From: Actinomycetota bacterium
Lineage (GTDB): Bacteria; Actinomycetota; UBA4738; HRBIN12
Assembly (NCBI GenBank): GCA_050696355.1
Contig: JBOGVD010000083.1
Coordinates: forward strand, 1 to 60,547
Length of the DNA: 60,547 nt
Direction: 5' to 3'
This document shows positions 17,587 to 26,687 of the stretch, one piece after another (the first letter of the stretch is position 1; every line of letters begins with the position of its first letter). The position numbers were made by a program, and so were the translations under genes. Under the pieces are notes generated by a model. That model was not told the DNA's origin and did no database searches. It saw only the letters and a program-made list of their open reading frames with translations.

Positions 17587-17954
17587 GCCTGGACGCGTCC
17601 GGTCGCTCGGAACGGGCGGACTTCGATCGGATGGTCGATCGCGTCAACGACCTTGCGGCCCCAGGCCAGCGCTGCATCGAGGTCGTCCGCGTTGATGACG
17701 TAGAAGCCGGCGATGTGCTCCTTCGCCTCGACGAAAGGCCCATCGGTCATGACCACGTCGCCATCGCCCACGCGGAGCACCGTCGACGCGTCGGGGCTGT
17801 GGAGAGCGCCACCGAAGACGAACGTCCCGCTCTCGTCCATCTCGGCTTCGAGGGCGGCGACCCGGCCCATGAACGCGTCCAACTCCTCGGGCGTCCTCGG
17901 CGCCCCGGGGACCTCCCCCTCCACGGCGTAGGTGGACAACAGGTACTGGCTCAT
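17583..17954 (-). CDS. YciI family (DGPF-type) protein
   Basis: ATG at 17954, preceded by GGGAGGAG. MSQYLLSTYAVEG...GGALHSPDASTVLRV...VMTDGPFVEAKEHIAGFYVI is typical of YCII-related proteins found beside ECF42 sigma factors. Confidence 0.85.
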   Translation of the reverse strand: MSQYLLSTYAVEGEVPGAPRTPEELDAFMGRVAALEAEMDESGTFVFGGALHSPDASTVLRVGDGDVVMTDGPFVEAKEHIAGFYVINADDLDAALAWGRKVVDAIDHPIEVRPFRATGRVQA

Positions 17955-18061
17955 GAGTGCTCCTCCCGTCGGCGCGGGTCGTTCCCGCTCACCCTCCTGA
18001 CGGTTGGGAACGGCCCGCGAGGACACCGGCAAGGATAGTTCCCAACGATCCATCGCCCTCG

Positions 18062-19036
18062 TCAGATGGTGATGACGATCTTGCCGGCGGCGTGGCCTTC
18101 CTCGAGGTGGCGGATCGCGTCGGGGGCCTCGATCAGCGGATACGTCCGGTCGATCACCGGCCTCACCGTGCCTGCCTCGATCAGCTCCTTGACCGCGACG
18201 AGGTCCTTCTGCTCGATCTTCGTGCTCAGCGCCCGGAGTCGCTGACCCACGAACAGAGACAACAGTGGCGCTCGCAGCGCCCCACGCAAGAAGCCGCCGG
18301 TCCAGCGTCCGCCCCCGTCGCCGCCCACGATCACCAGGGTCCCTTTCGGGGTCAGGGCGCGGCGCAGCTGCGACAACGGGCGACGGCCGGCGGTGTCGAT
18401 GATCACGTCCCAGCGGCGGGACCCGTCCGCGAAGTCCTCGCGCGTGTAGTCGATCACGTCGTCCGCGCCGAGCGACCGGACCAGGTCCAGCTTCGACGTG
18501 CTGCAGACGCCGGTGACCTCCGCCCCGAACGCCTTGGCGATCTGCACGGTGAGCGAGCCCACACCTCCGGCCGCGCCGACGATCAGCACCCTATGCCCCG
18601 GCTGCACCTTCCCCTCGTCACGCACGGCCCGCAGGGCGGTGACGCCGGAGATCGGCACCGCACCTGCCTGCTCGAAGCTGAGGTTCGCCGGCTTGGGGAC
18701 GAGCTTGTCCGCATGCGCGATCGCGAGCTCGGCGAACGAGCCGCTCTCGGCGGTGCCCATCACCTCGTCGCCGGGCCGCAGGTCCGTGACGTTCGTGCCG
18801 ACCGTCTCGACCGTTCCCGCGACGTCCCAGCCGCGGACACCGACCTTCGGCCGGCGGAGCCCGATCGCGGGGCGCGCCATGTAGGGCATCCCGGTCATGA
18901 TGTGCCACACGTCCGGTCCGCAGCCGGCCGCGTGCACGCGCACGAGGACGTCGTTCTCGCCGGCCACGGGTGCCTCGATGTCTCGGAACTCGAGCACGTC
19001 GGCCGAGCCGTACCGATCCTGCACGATCGCCTTCAT
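18062..19036 (-). CDS. NAD(P)-dependent medium-chain dehydrogenase/reductase (quinone oxidoreductase-like)
   Basis: 324-aa ORF. MKAIVQDRYGSADVLEF..., VLIVGAAGGVGSLTVQIAK (Rossmann), C-terminal AIRHLEEGHAAGKIVITI. Paralog of 46584..47591. Confidence 0.9.
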   Translation of the reverse strand: MKAIVQDRYGSADVLEFRDIEAPVAGENDVLVRVHAAGCGPDVWHIMTGMPYMARPAIGLRRPKVGVRGWDVAGTVETVGTNVTDLRPGDEVMGTAESGSFAELAIAHADKLVPKPANLSFEQAGAVPISGVTALRAVRDEGKVQPGHRVLIVGAAGGVGSLTVQIAKAFGAEVTGVCSTSKLDLVRSLGADDVIDYTREDFADGSRRWDVIIDTAGRRPLSQLRRALTPKGTLVIVGGDGGGRWTGGFLRGALRAPLLSLFVGQRLRALSTKIEQKDLVAVKELIEAGTVRPVIDRTYPLIEAPDAIRHLEEGHAAGKIVITI

Positions 19037-19055
19037 CGGGTCCTCCGCTCTCCGG

Positions 19056-19118
19056 TCACGCGAGCACCGTGATCGCGACCTTGCCGCGAGCGCGGCCTTC
19101 CGCGACGTAGCGGATCGG
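19056..19118 (-). pseudogene. C-terminal relic (about 20 codons) of a third MDR dehydrogenase paralog
   Basis: The minus strand gives PIRYVAEGRARGKVAITVLA*, with the stop at 19056..19058. Compare the C-termini of the two intact paralogs: AIRHLEEGHAAGKIVITI* and AMRYLESGQARGKLVITV*. Confidence 0.55.
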
Positions 19119-19127
19119 TCCGCACCG

Positions 19128-19952
19128 TCATCCGAGCCCTCCGTTCGGGTCGAGATCCGGTCGCCTCGCCTTCACGATCACCGACGTCGCGACGTGATCG
19201 TGCTGCTCACGAGGGATCGTCGCGCGCATCAACGCGATCACCTCGTCGGTGAAAAGCGGGTATTGGGATGCCTCATCGATGCTGGTTGGCCGGTGTGCGC
19301 CGACCCAGACGTCCACGAACCCCGCTCTCCCGAGCTTCTCGGCGAAGACACGCTCCGCCAACGCGCCGGCCACTCACCCAGCCCAGGCGCTCTGGTCGTT
19401 CGCGATCTCCGGTGGGAGCTCGCCCTCGACGGTGAGGTCCGCGAGGGACATCCGTCCACCCGGACGCAGCAGCCGGTGGATCTCGGCGAGCGCGCGGCTC
19501 TTCCGCGCGGCGAGGTTGAGCACCCCGTTCGAGATCACCACGTCGACCGAGGCGTCCGGCAGGGGGATCTGCTCCATGTCGCCCAGCGTGAACTCCGTCC
19601 ACGCCGCCACACCCGCCTCGCCCGCGTGCGCGCGGGCCCGCTCGGTCATCTCCGGGACGATGTCCAGGCCGATCGCCTTGCCCGATGACCCGACGCGCCG
19701 CGCTGCGAGGATCGTATCGATCCCGGCTCCTGAGCCGATGTCCAGGACGACCTCACCGGGCTGCAGGAACGCGTACCGGACAGGGTTCCCCACGCCGAGG
19801 GCCCATTCGACGGCACCAGGCGGGAGCTCGGCGAGCTCGTCGTCGTCATAGATCCGGCCGGCCACGGCCTGACCGCCGCCGGAGGAGATCGCGGCGTAGG
19901 CCTCTCGAACCGATCCCTTGATCTCGTCCTGGAACATCAGGTCCTTCGCCAT
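19128..19952 (-). CDS. ArsM-like class I SAM methyltransferase interrupted by one in-frame TGA (19374..19376): nonsense pseudogene, split gene or Sec recoding
   Basis: ORFs 19374..19952 and 19128..19373 are in the same frame: ...EIANDQSAWAG-TGA-VAGALAERVFAEKLGRAGFVDV.... SAM motif VLDIGSGAGID; DVVISNGVLNL. The TGA sits where ArsM-type enzymes have WAGC[VI]AGAL (from memory). The gene is 3 nt downstream of the ZAS anti-sigma gene. Confidence 0.8.
19339..19361 (-). other. RNA hairpin 12 nt downstream of the in-frame TGA (SECIS-like position)
   Basis: The minus-strand RNA UUGGCGGAG-CGUGU-CUUCGCCGA forms 9 bp (2 G-U pairs) with a 5-nt loop containing GU. The loop starts 21 nt after the UGA. Confidence 0.3.
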
Positions 19953-19955
19953 CGA

Positions 19956-20198
19956 TCACATCTCCTCGACGAAGCGCTCGAGGCGCTCCTTCACGTCCGT
20001 AGGGATCTCCTGGGACGAGCTGGATGCCAGGAAGCGCCGGATCTCCTTCGCGAACTCGAGCTCCCCGCAGCAGCGACGGCAGAACGCCAGGTGATGCTCG
20101 ACCTTCTCCTGGTCCTCCGGCGCGATCGAGTGGTCGAGGTAGTCCCACAGCTGCCGCACCGCCTCCGAGCAGGGGATCGCTGCCGTCGTCTCACCCAT
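19956..20198 (-). CDS. Zinc-binding anti-sigma factor (ZAS family, RsrA-like)
   Basis: 80-aa ORF. The Cys10 ... HHLAFC-RRC-C pattern matches the C11/H37/C41/C44-type HxxxCxxC ZAS motif. 8-nt overlap with the sigma gene upstream. Confidence 0.85.
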   Translation of the reverse strand: MGETTAAIPCSEAVRQLWDYLDHSIAPEDQEKVEHHLAFCRRCCGELEFAKEIRRFLASSSSQEIPTDVKERLERFVEEM

Positions 20199-20784
20199 CG
20201 TCGTCTCCCGCCATGATCAGCCTCGTTTCCTCGGCGTAGGTCCACATCGTCCGCTCGAACACCCGACGTCCCCGATGGAGGCGGGCGAGGATCGTGCCGA
20301 GCGGAGCGTCCAACAGCCGAGCGATCTCCTTCGTGGAGAACCCGTCCATGTACCGGAGCACGAGAGGGCCCCGGTAGATCTCCGGCATGCGCATCAGGAC
20401 CTCCCGCAGATCGTCCCGCCCGAACGCGTCGAGGAAGTCCGTGTGGAGCGAGTCGGAGTACGGGAGCGGATCCTCGTCGATCAGCGTGCGGTAGAGGGAG
20501 AAGTCCTCCAGGTCCCCGGTGGCCACCTCCTCGACGGTGCGGGCGCGCTTCCTGAGCTGGTCGCGGAAGACGTTCACGAGGATCGTCTTCAACCAGCGCC
20601 CGCCGGCCGCTTCCTCCTTCAGGCTCCCGAACGCTCGGTAGCCCTGGAGCAACGCTTCTTGCACGAGGTCCTCCGCACCGTCTCGGACGAGCCGGCGCGA
20701 GAGGGAGTAGAGACCAGGGAGCTCCTGGCGCACGAGCTCCTGGAAAGCTTCCTTCGTCCGATCCGTCGTGTCGATCCGACTCAT
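20191..20784 (-). CDS. ECF sigma factor (SigR-like context)
   Basis: Within ORF 20191..20922; ATG at 20784 (MSRIDTT...) is preferred, with alternatives at 20805 and 20847. Region 2 AEDLVQEALLQGYRAF...WLKTILVNVFRDQLRK; region 4 YRGPLVLRYMDGFSTKEIARLLDAPLGTILARLHRGR. Confidence 0.85.
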   Translation of the reverse strand: MSRIDTTDRTKEAFQELVRQELPGLYSLSRRLVRDGAEDLVQEALLQGYRAFGSLKEEAAGGRWLKTILVNVFRDQLRKRARTVEEVATGDLEDFSLYRTLIDEDPLPYSDSLHTDFLDAFGRDDLREVLMRMPEIYRGPLVLRYMDGFSTKEIARLLDAPLGTILARLHRGRRVFERTMWTYAEETRLIMAGDDDG

Positions 20785-20915
20785 CTCTGTTCGGCGGGCG
20801 CGCATGTGGGTCCGCACAGGGATAGACGCTCCGCACGTCGACTTCATTGCATCACCCTTCGCGGGCAATGCGCGGGCGTCGCCCGGCGTCCTAGGGGACG
20901 AGGAGGTGAAGAGAG

Positions 20916-21416
20916 ATGGCAACCATCACAGCGGAGCGCTCGCAGCCCGCGTCGGTCGAGCGAGACCTGAAGCGGGGATCGTGGTTGATGGGGGTCGCCG
21001 CGGTCGGTTTCATCGGCTACGCGGTGATCTTCTTCATCCGCAACTTCACCGACGCCTTCCTGGAGCTCGGCATCGGTCCGGGCCAAGTGGACGTCGGGAG
21101 GGATGCGATCCAAACCTTCAGCCCATCGCTGTACCACTACATCGGTCACCTGCATATCGCGGTCGCGGGCTTCATCGCGGCCACCGGTGTGGCCGTCCTG
21201 TTCCTCGTCGCCTACGGCGTGCGACGCGGCCAGATGTGGGCCTGGGTGGGGGCGGTGGTCGCCCCGGTCCTAGGATTGCTGGTGGCCCTGCCGGACCACT
21301 ACCCGAACGGCTTCGACACGATCGGGCATCTGGGGTTGATCTACCTGGCGACGGTCATCTTCATCGTGGGGGCGATGCTCGCCCTGCGCGGCGTCCTGGT
21401 GGGGCGGAGCGAGTGA
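20916..21416 (+). CDS. Hypothetical integral membrane protein (4 TM)
   Basis: 166-aa ORF. RBS GAGGAGG upstream. Four hydrophobic segments. Divergent from the ECF sigma operon. No family recognised. Confidence 0.6.
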   Translation: MATITAERSQPASVERDLKRGSWLMGVAAVGFIGYAVIFFIRNFTDAFLELGIGPGQVDVGRDAIQTFSPSLYHYIGHLHIAVAGFIAATGVAVLFLVAYGVRRGQMWAWVGAVVAPVLGLLVALPDHYPNGFDTIGHLGLIYLATVIFIVGAMLALRGVLVGRSE

Positions 21417-21485
21417 AGGTGGGCGGGCCGTTCCGGCGAGCACCGGAGCGGCCCGTCGACTCACATGGGAACGGAGGTTGCGAGG

Positions 21486-21671
21486 ATGGCGCAGCTCGAA
21501 GCATCGCTCTGCGCGAAGTGCGGCGGATCGGCGGACGGCTGGAAGTGCGCGATCTGCGGCTCGGTGGCGAGTGAGCACGACGAGCATCACCTGCACTCGG
21601 GCTCGGACCGGTACTGCACGCTCAGGTGCGGCGCCTGTCAGGAGGCGGACGTTCACTGCACGTGCGTGTAG
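21486..21671 (+). CDS. Small Cys/His-rich protein (61 aa), putative metal-binding
   Basis: ATG 21486 has GGAGG 8 nt upstream (the ORF track starts at 21465). MAQLEASLCAKCGGSADGWKCAICGSVASEHDEHHLHSGSDRYCTLRCGACQEADVHCTCV contains 9 Cys (CxxC, CxxC, CxxxCxxC, CxC) and 5 His. Confidence 0.55.
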   Translation: MAQLEASLCAKCGGSADGWKCAICGSVASEHDEHHLHSGSDRYCTLRCGACQEADVHCTCV

Positions 21672-21704
21672 GGACGGCCTCGGCACGGGCGGCTCACGAC
21701 GTCG

Positions 21705-22157
21705 TCACGCGAGGCTCACGGACCGTCGCTGGTCGTGCGGATCGAGCACGAAGTGTTCGGAGACCGTGGCCCGATACAGGCGATGGCGGGCCGGTGACAG
21801 CACATCCGCGCGCGTCCACGCACGGAGGCCCTGCGCCTCCCCGTGGCGGGAGAAGATCTGGATCCCCTCGTCGACGTCGGCGAGCTCCTCGGCGACCGCG
21901 GTCATGTAGAGCGCCTTCCAGCCGCCGGGCTCATGCGAGTCGAAGATCACGATGGCGAGCTCGGGGCGGGTGGCGAGGTTCCGCGAGTGCCGGGCCTCCG
22001 GCTTCGAGACCCAGAGGAACTCGCGGTACTCCACCGGCGCGTACCACACGGGCGATGCCCAGGGCACGCCGTCGGCGTCGGCCGTGGCGAGCGTCATGAA
22101 CCGGTTGGAGTCGATGATCGACCTCGCGACCGCTCCGAGATCGTCCGGGTCCGACAT
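21705..22157 (-). CDS. Pyridoxamine 5'-phosphate oxidase family (FMN-binding split barrel) protein
   Basis: 150-aa ORF. RFMTLATADADGVPWASPVWYA...FLWVSKPEARHSRNL...ELAIVIFD. Confidence 0.85.
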   Translation of the reverse strand: MSDPDDLGAVARSIIDSNRFMTLATADADGVPWASPVWYAPVEYREFLWVSKPEARHSRNLATRPELAIVIFDSHEPGGWKALYMTAVAEELADVDEGIQIFSRHGEAQGLRAWTRADVLSPARHRLYRATVSEHFVLDPHDQRRSVSLA

Positions 22158-22163
22158 CTCGGC

Positions 22164-22553
22164 TCAGGTCTGGCTCGGAGCGGTCTCCCAGAGCCCGACC
22201 ACGTTGCCCTCGGTGTCCTTGAAGTAGGCGAACGCTCCCATACCGGGGATCTCGGTCCGCGCCCGGACCGTGCTGCCGCCGGCCGCCTCGATCTGGCGCA
22301 ACGACTCGTCGATCCCGTCGACCTCGACCGTGAGCACCGGCGAGGGCGTGTCCTCCGTGCGCTTCATCAGACCGCCGTTGATGCCGCCCGGCTCCGTCGG
22401 GATCTGGGTTCGCTCGTCGACGGGCGTCGTCATCACGATCGTGTACTGCAGATCCGGCATCTCCTGGAGCTGCCAGTCGAAGACGGACCCGTAGAATTCA
22501 CGCGCCCGCGCCTCGTCGTCCGCCGGGATCTCGAAGTGCGCCACCTTGCCCAT
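22164..22553 (-). CDS. VOC (glyoxalase/bleomycin-resistance) family protein
   Basis: 129-aa ORF. VAHFEIPADDEARAREFYGSVFDW...GGINGGLM...GAFAYFKDTEGNVVGLWE. Confidence 0.9.
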   Translation of the reverse strand: MGKVAHFEIPADDEARAREFYGSVFDWQLQEMPDLQYTIVMTTPVDERTQIPTEPGGINGGLMKRTEDTPSPVLTVEVDGIDESLRQIEAAGGSTVRARTEIPGMGAFAYFKDTEGNVVGLWETAPSQT

Positions 22554-22733
22554 GCCGGACCTCCTCTCGCGCCTCTCTGACAGGGTATCGATTCGCGCCG
22601 CCTCAGGCCGCTTCGGTCTTGTCTTCGATCCGCCGTGGGGGAGGTCGATGGGAGGAACGGGGTCTTGAGCTTCGAGGACCTGATACGGAGCCGGAGCGCA
22701 CCCGAGTAAAGGCGTTCGTCAGGCCCTGAACGG

Positions 22734-23141
22734 CTACAGAGCGATCAGACCCGCATCGGTTGGAGCGAACCCGCACGCATCAAAGTAGAAGGGACGGAGA
22801 TGATCGTCGAAGTCGACGTGCAGCCACTCACATCCAGCCGTGCGTGCCTCCGCCACAGCCACGGTCACCAGTTCGGTCCCGATCCCCTGGTGACGTGCCG
22901 ACATGGTGACCATCGTGTCTTGGATCCAGGCGTGAACGAGCCCGTCCCAGGGCACGTTCACGAAACCGACGAGCCTAGCGTCGTCTCTTGCCACCACCCA
23001 GCCGAGGCTGTTCCGGTGCACGAGCTCTCCTCGAAGGGCAACGGAACCGGCCGGTGGGCACACCTCAGTGTGGGGGCGATGCCACGCTCCTATCAAGCCA
23101 CGCCGGCCGGTTCTGTATGCCCGAGGGGCGGCAAGAGGCAT
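22734..23141 (-). CDS. GNAT family N-acetyltransferase, 5' end uncertain or possibly degraded
   Basis: C-terminal ~100 aa are clearly GNAT: LVGFVNVPWDGLVHAWIQDTMV...ARHQGIGTELVTVAVAEARTAGCEWLHVDFDD.LRPFYFDACGF. The translation upstream of about 23040 is not GNAT-like. Lower-GC patch. Confidence 0.5.
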   Translation of the reverse strand: MPLAAPRAYRTGRRGLIGAWHRPHTEVCPPAGSVALRGELVHRNSLGWVVARDDARLVGFVNVPWDGLVHAWIQDTMVTMSARHQGIGTELVTVAVAEARTAGCEWLHVDFDDHLRPFYFDACGFAPTDAGLIAL

Positions 23142-23314
23142 GGGTCCACGAAGGACACGCACCCTAGGAGCCACCCCTCGGACACCGACCAGCTTGACAC
23201 TGACGGACACCCGACGGGAGGTGACGTCCACCGATGTCGTAAGCCCGCCGGCTGGGTTGCGCGGCCTTTCGGGGCACGTCTAGCATCAGCCAACCGCTCT
23301 CGAGGGAGCACGGC

Positions 23315-24499
23315 ATGAGGAGGGGTTCGATGAAGGCACGGAGGGCCCGAACATGGGTGGTCATGTTCGCCGTACTGGCGACGGTCGCGGCCGCCTGTGA
23401 CGGCGGCGGCGACGGCGGTGGCGACGGTGACGGAGACGGCGGGGGCGAAGGCAGCATCTGGGTGCTCCTGCCGGACACCGAGTCCTCGACCAGATGGGAG
23501 GAAGACGATCGCCGCTTCTTCGGTGAGAAGTTCGAGGAGGCGGGCCTCGCCGACGGCGAGGACTTCACGATCGTGAACGCCGAGGGCGACGCCACGACGC
23601 AGCAGTCCCAGGCCGAGCAGGCGATCGCCGACGGCGCGAGTGTGATCGTGCTCACGAGCCTCGACACCGGATCGGGCGCGGCGATCATCGATCAGGCCAC
23701 CGAGGCCGGCGTCGACGTCGTCGAGTACGACCGCTTCAACACCGGCGGGGCGAGTGGGGCGGCCTACGTCAGCTTCGACAACGTGCAGGTGGGCGCTACG
23801 ATGGCCGAGGTGCTTGAGTCGGAGATCGAGGCACTGCCAGACGTGCCACAGGTCGTGGAGCTGAACGGCGGCGAGGAGGACAACAACTCGTTCCTGTTCA
23901 AGGAGGGCTACCACACGGTCGTCCAGGAGCACGTGGATGCGGGCGAGTGGGAGCTGGCCGCGGACCAGCACGTCCCCGGCTGGGACAACCAGGAGGCCCA
24001 GACGATCATGGAGCAGATCCTGGTCGACCTGAACAACGAGGTCGACGCGGTCTTCGCCGCCAACGACGGGCTGGCGGCCTCGGCGATCAACGCCCTCGAC
24101 GCGGCAGGCGTGGGCGAGGTGCCGATCAGCGGCCAGGATGCCACGGCGGTCGGGATCCAGAACATCCTCCTCGGCAAGCAGACGATGACGGTCTACAAGC
24201 CGATCGAGGCCGAGGTGGCGGTCGCCGCTGCGGTCGCGCTCGCGCTGCGGGCGGGCGAGGACATCACGGCGATCGATCCGGGGGTCGAGTACTCCCTGAT
24301 CGGGATCGAAGCGGAGACGGGCCAGCCCACCGAATCGGCCGAAGGTGACGGGGTCGTGCCCTACTTCGGGCTGGTGCCGATCGCGGTGACCGCGGACAAC
24401 ATCGCCGACACCGTGATCGCGGACGAGTTCCGGACCGTCGAGGAGATCTGCACCGGCGACGTGACGGAGACGGACTTCTGTCAGGAGAACGCCGCCTAG
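23315..24499 (+). CDS. xylF: Sugar (xylose-type, CUT2) ABC transporter substrate-binding lipoprotein
   Basis: 394-aa ORF. Signal/lipobox VLATVAAAC followed by a Gly/Asp linker. Periplasmic-binding-protein type I pattern (IVLTSLD, VVEYDR, VFAANDGLA, ISGQDA). First gene of the xylA/xylB operon. Confidence 0.8.
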   Translation: MRRGSMKARRARTWVVMFAVLATVAAACDGGGDGGGDGDGDGGGEGSIWVLLPDTESSTRWEEDDRRFFGEKFEEAGLADGEDFTIVNAEGDATTQQSQAEQAIADGASVIVLTSLDTGSGAAIIDQATEAGVDVVEYDRFNTGGASGAAYVSFDNVQVGATMAEVLESEIEALPDVPQVVELNGGEEDNNSFLFKEGYHTVVQEHVDAGEWELAADQHVPGWDNQEAQTIMEQILVDLNNEVDAVFAANDGLAASAINALDAAGVGEVPISGQDATAVGIQNILLGKQTMTVYKPIEAEVAVAAAVALALRAGEDITAIDPGVEYSLIGIEAETGQPTESAEGDGVVPYFGLVPIAVTADNIADTVIADEFRTVEEICTGDVTETDFCQENAA

Positions 24500-24593
24500 C
24501 GGGACCCAGGCGGCATCGGCGACGACGACCGGGACGTGCGACCATAGCCGTCCCGGCCGTCGCGTCTCGTCGATCGAGGAAAGGGGTCCGGAG

Positions 24594-25369
<776 letters not shown>

Positions 25370-25373
<4 letters not shown>

Positions 25374-26653
25374 CGATCGAGCGCGGCACCGAGACCCCCG
25401 TCGTCCCCGACGACGGGGACGTGCCGGTCGACGAGACCGGCGCGGCGGTGCCACCGGCCGACCAGACGCTCGCCGGCTACGTCCGCCGTTGGTGGCAGAA
25501 GGTCCGCTCCGGCGACCTCGGCTCGCTCCCGATCCTGGTCGGCCTCGTCGTGATCGTGATCGTCTTCGGCACGCTCGACGACGTGTTCCTGACCGAGCGG
25601 AACTTCACGAACCTCCTGCTGCAGACCGCACCGTTCGCGATCCTCGCGATCGGGATCGTCTTCGTCCTGCTGATCGGGGAGATCGACCTCTCGGTGGCGT
25701 TCGTGAGCGCCGTCGGCGGGGTCGTGATGACCCTCCTGATCCGGCCCGATGACCCCGGCTTCCCCTGGTGGGCCGCGATCGGCGTGGCGTTGGCGACCAC
25801 GACGGCGATCGGGTTCGCGCACGCCCTGATTATCACGAAGGCCGGCGTCCCCTCGTTCGTCGTGACGCTGGCGGGCCTCTTGATCTGGTCCGGGGTCGTC
25901 CTGTATCTGATGACCGAGGCCACCACGACCGGCACGATCCGGATCTCGGACGACACGATCGTCGCACTGGCGAACAGCTTCCTGTCTCCGGCGTGGGGAT
26001 ACGTGATCGCTGCGCTGATCGTGATCGGGTACGCCGCGTCGCAGCTGCAGACGGCGAGGTCGCGGCGCGCCGGAGGGCTCGATGCGAAGCCGCTCCCGCT
26101 CCTGGCCCTCCAGCTCGTCGGCCTCGCCGCGCTGACGTTCGGCGCGGTGTCGTACGCGAACCAGGATCGCGGGGTCCCGATGGTGATCGTGATCCTCGGG
26201 GTCTTCCTCGTGTTCTGGACCTTCGTCGCCTCGAGGACGCGGTTCGGCCGGCACGTCTACGCGGTGGGCGGGAACCCGGAAGCCGCTCGGCGAGCGGGGA
26301 TCGAGGTCGACCGGGTGCGGATCGCGGTGTTCATGATCAACGGCTTCATGGCGGGGGCGGGAGGGATCATCCTCGCGTCGCGGCTCCGATCCGTGGCCAC
26401 CAGCTCCGGCGGCGGCGATCTCCTCCTCAACGTGATCGCGGCCGCCGTGATCGGCGGCACAAGCCTGTTCGGCGGGATCGGCCGGGTGATCTCGGCGCTG
26501 CTCGGCGCCGCGGTGATCGCCTCGATCAACAGCGGGATGAACCTGCTGGGGCTGTCGCAGGGGTTGAAGTTCATCATCACCGGCCTCGTGCTACTCGGCG
26601 CCGTTCTCGTGGACGCGCTGTCGAAGCGCAGTCGCACGCGGAGCGGCGGGTGA
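25370..26653 (+). CDS. xylH: Sugar ABC transporter permease (XylH/RbsC-like)
   Basis: GTG at 25370 overlaps the ATPase stop (GTGA), within ORF 25067..26653. About 10 TM segments. Conserved [21 protein letters not shown] motif of CUT2 permeases. Confidence 0.85.
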
Positions 26654-26687
26654 GTCCGAGACCCCGATCCCGGGAGGTGGACGCGGG

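Noticed and set aside
18977-19036. About 90% nucleotide identity between the first 60 nt of the two MDR dehydrogenase genes (18977..19036 and 47532..47591), considered as possible gene conversion.
   Set aside because: Five of the six differences are at third codon positions and identity decays quickly afterwards. This is consistent with purifying selection on a conserved N-terminus (MKAIVQDRYGSADVLE) rather than recent exchange.
20825-20850. SigR-type autoregulatory promoter upstream of the ECF sigma gene (minus strand GCAAT-N18-GTC, against the consensus GGAAT-N18-GTT).
   Set aside because: There are two mismatches in a very short consensus. That is easily matched by chance and is not reported as a feature.
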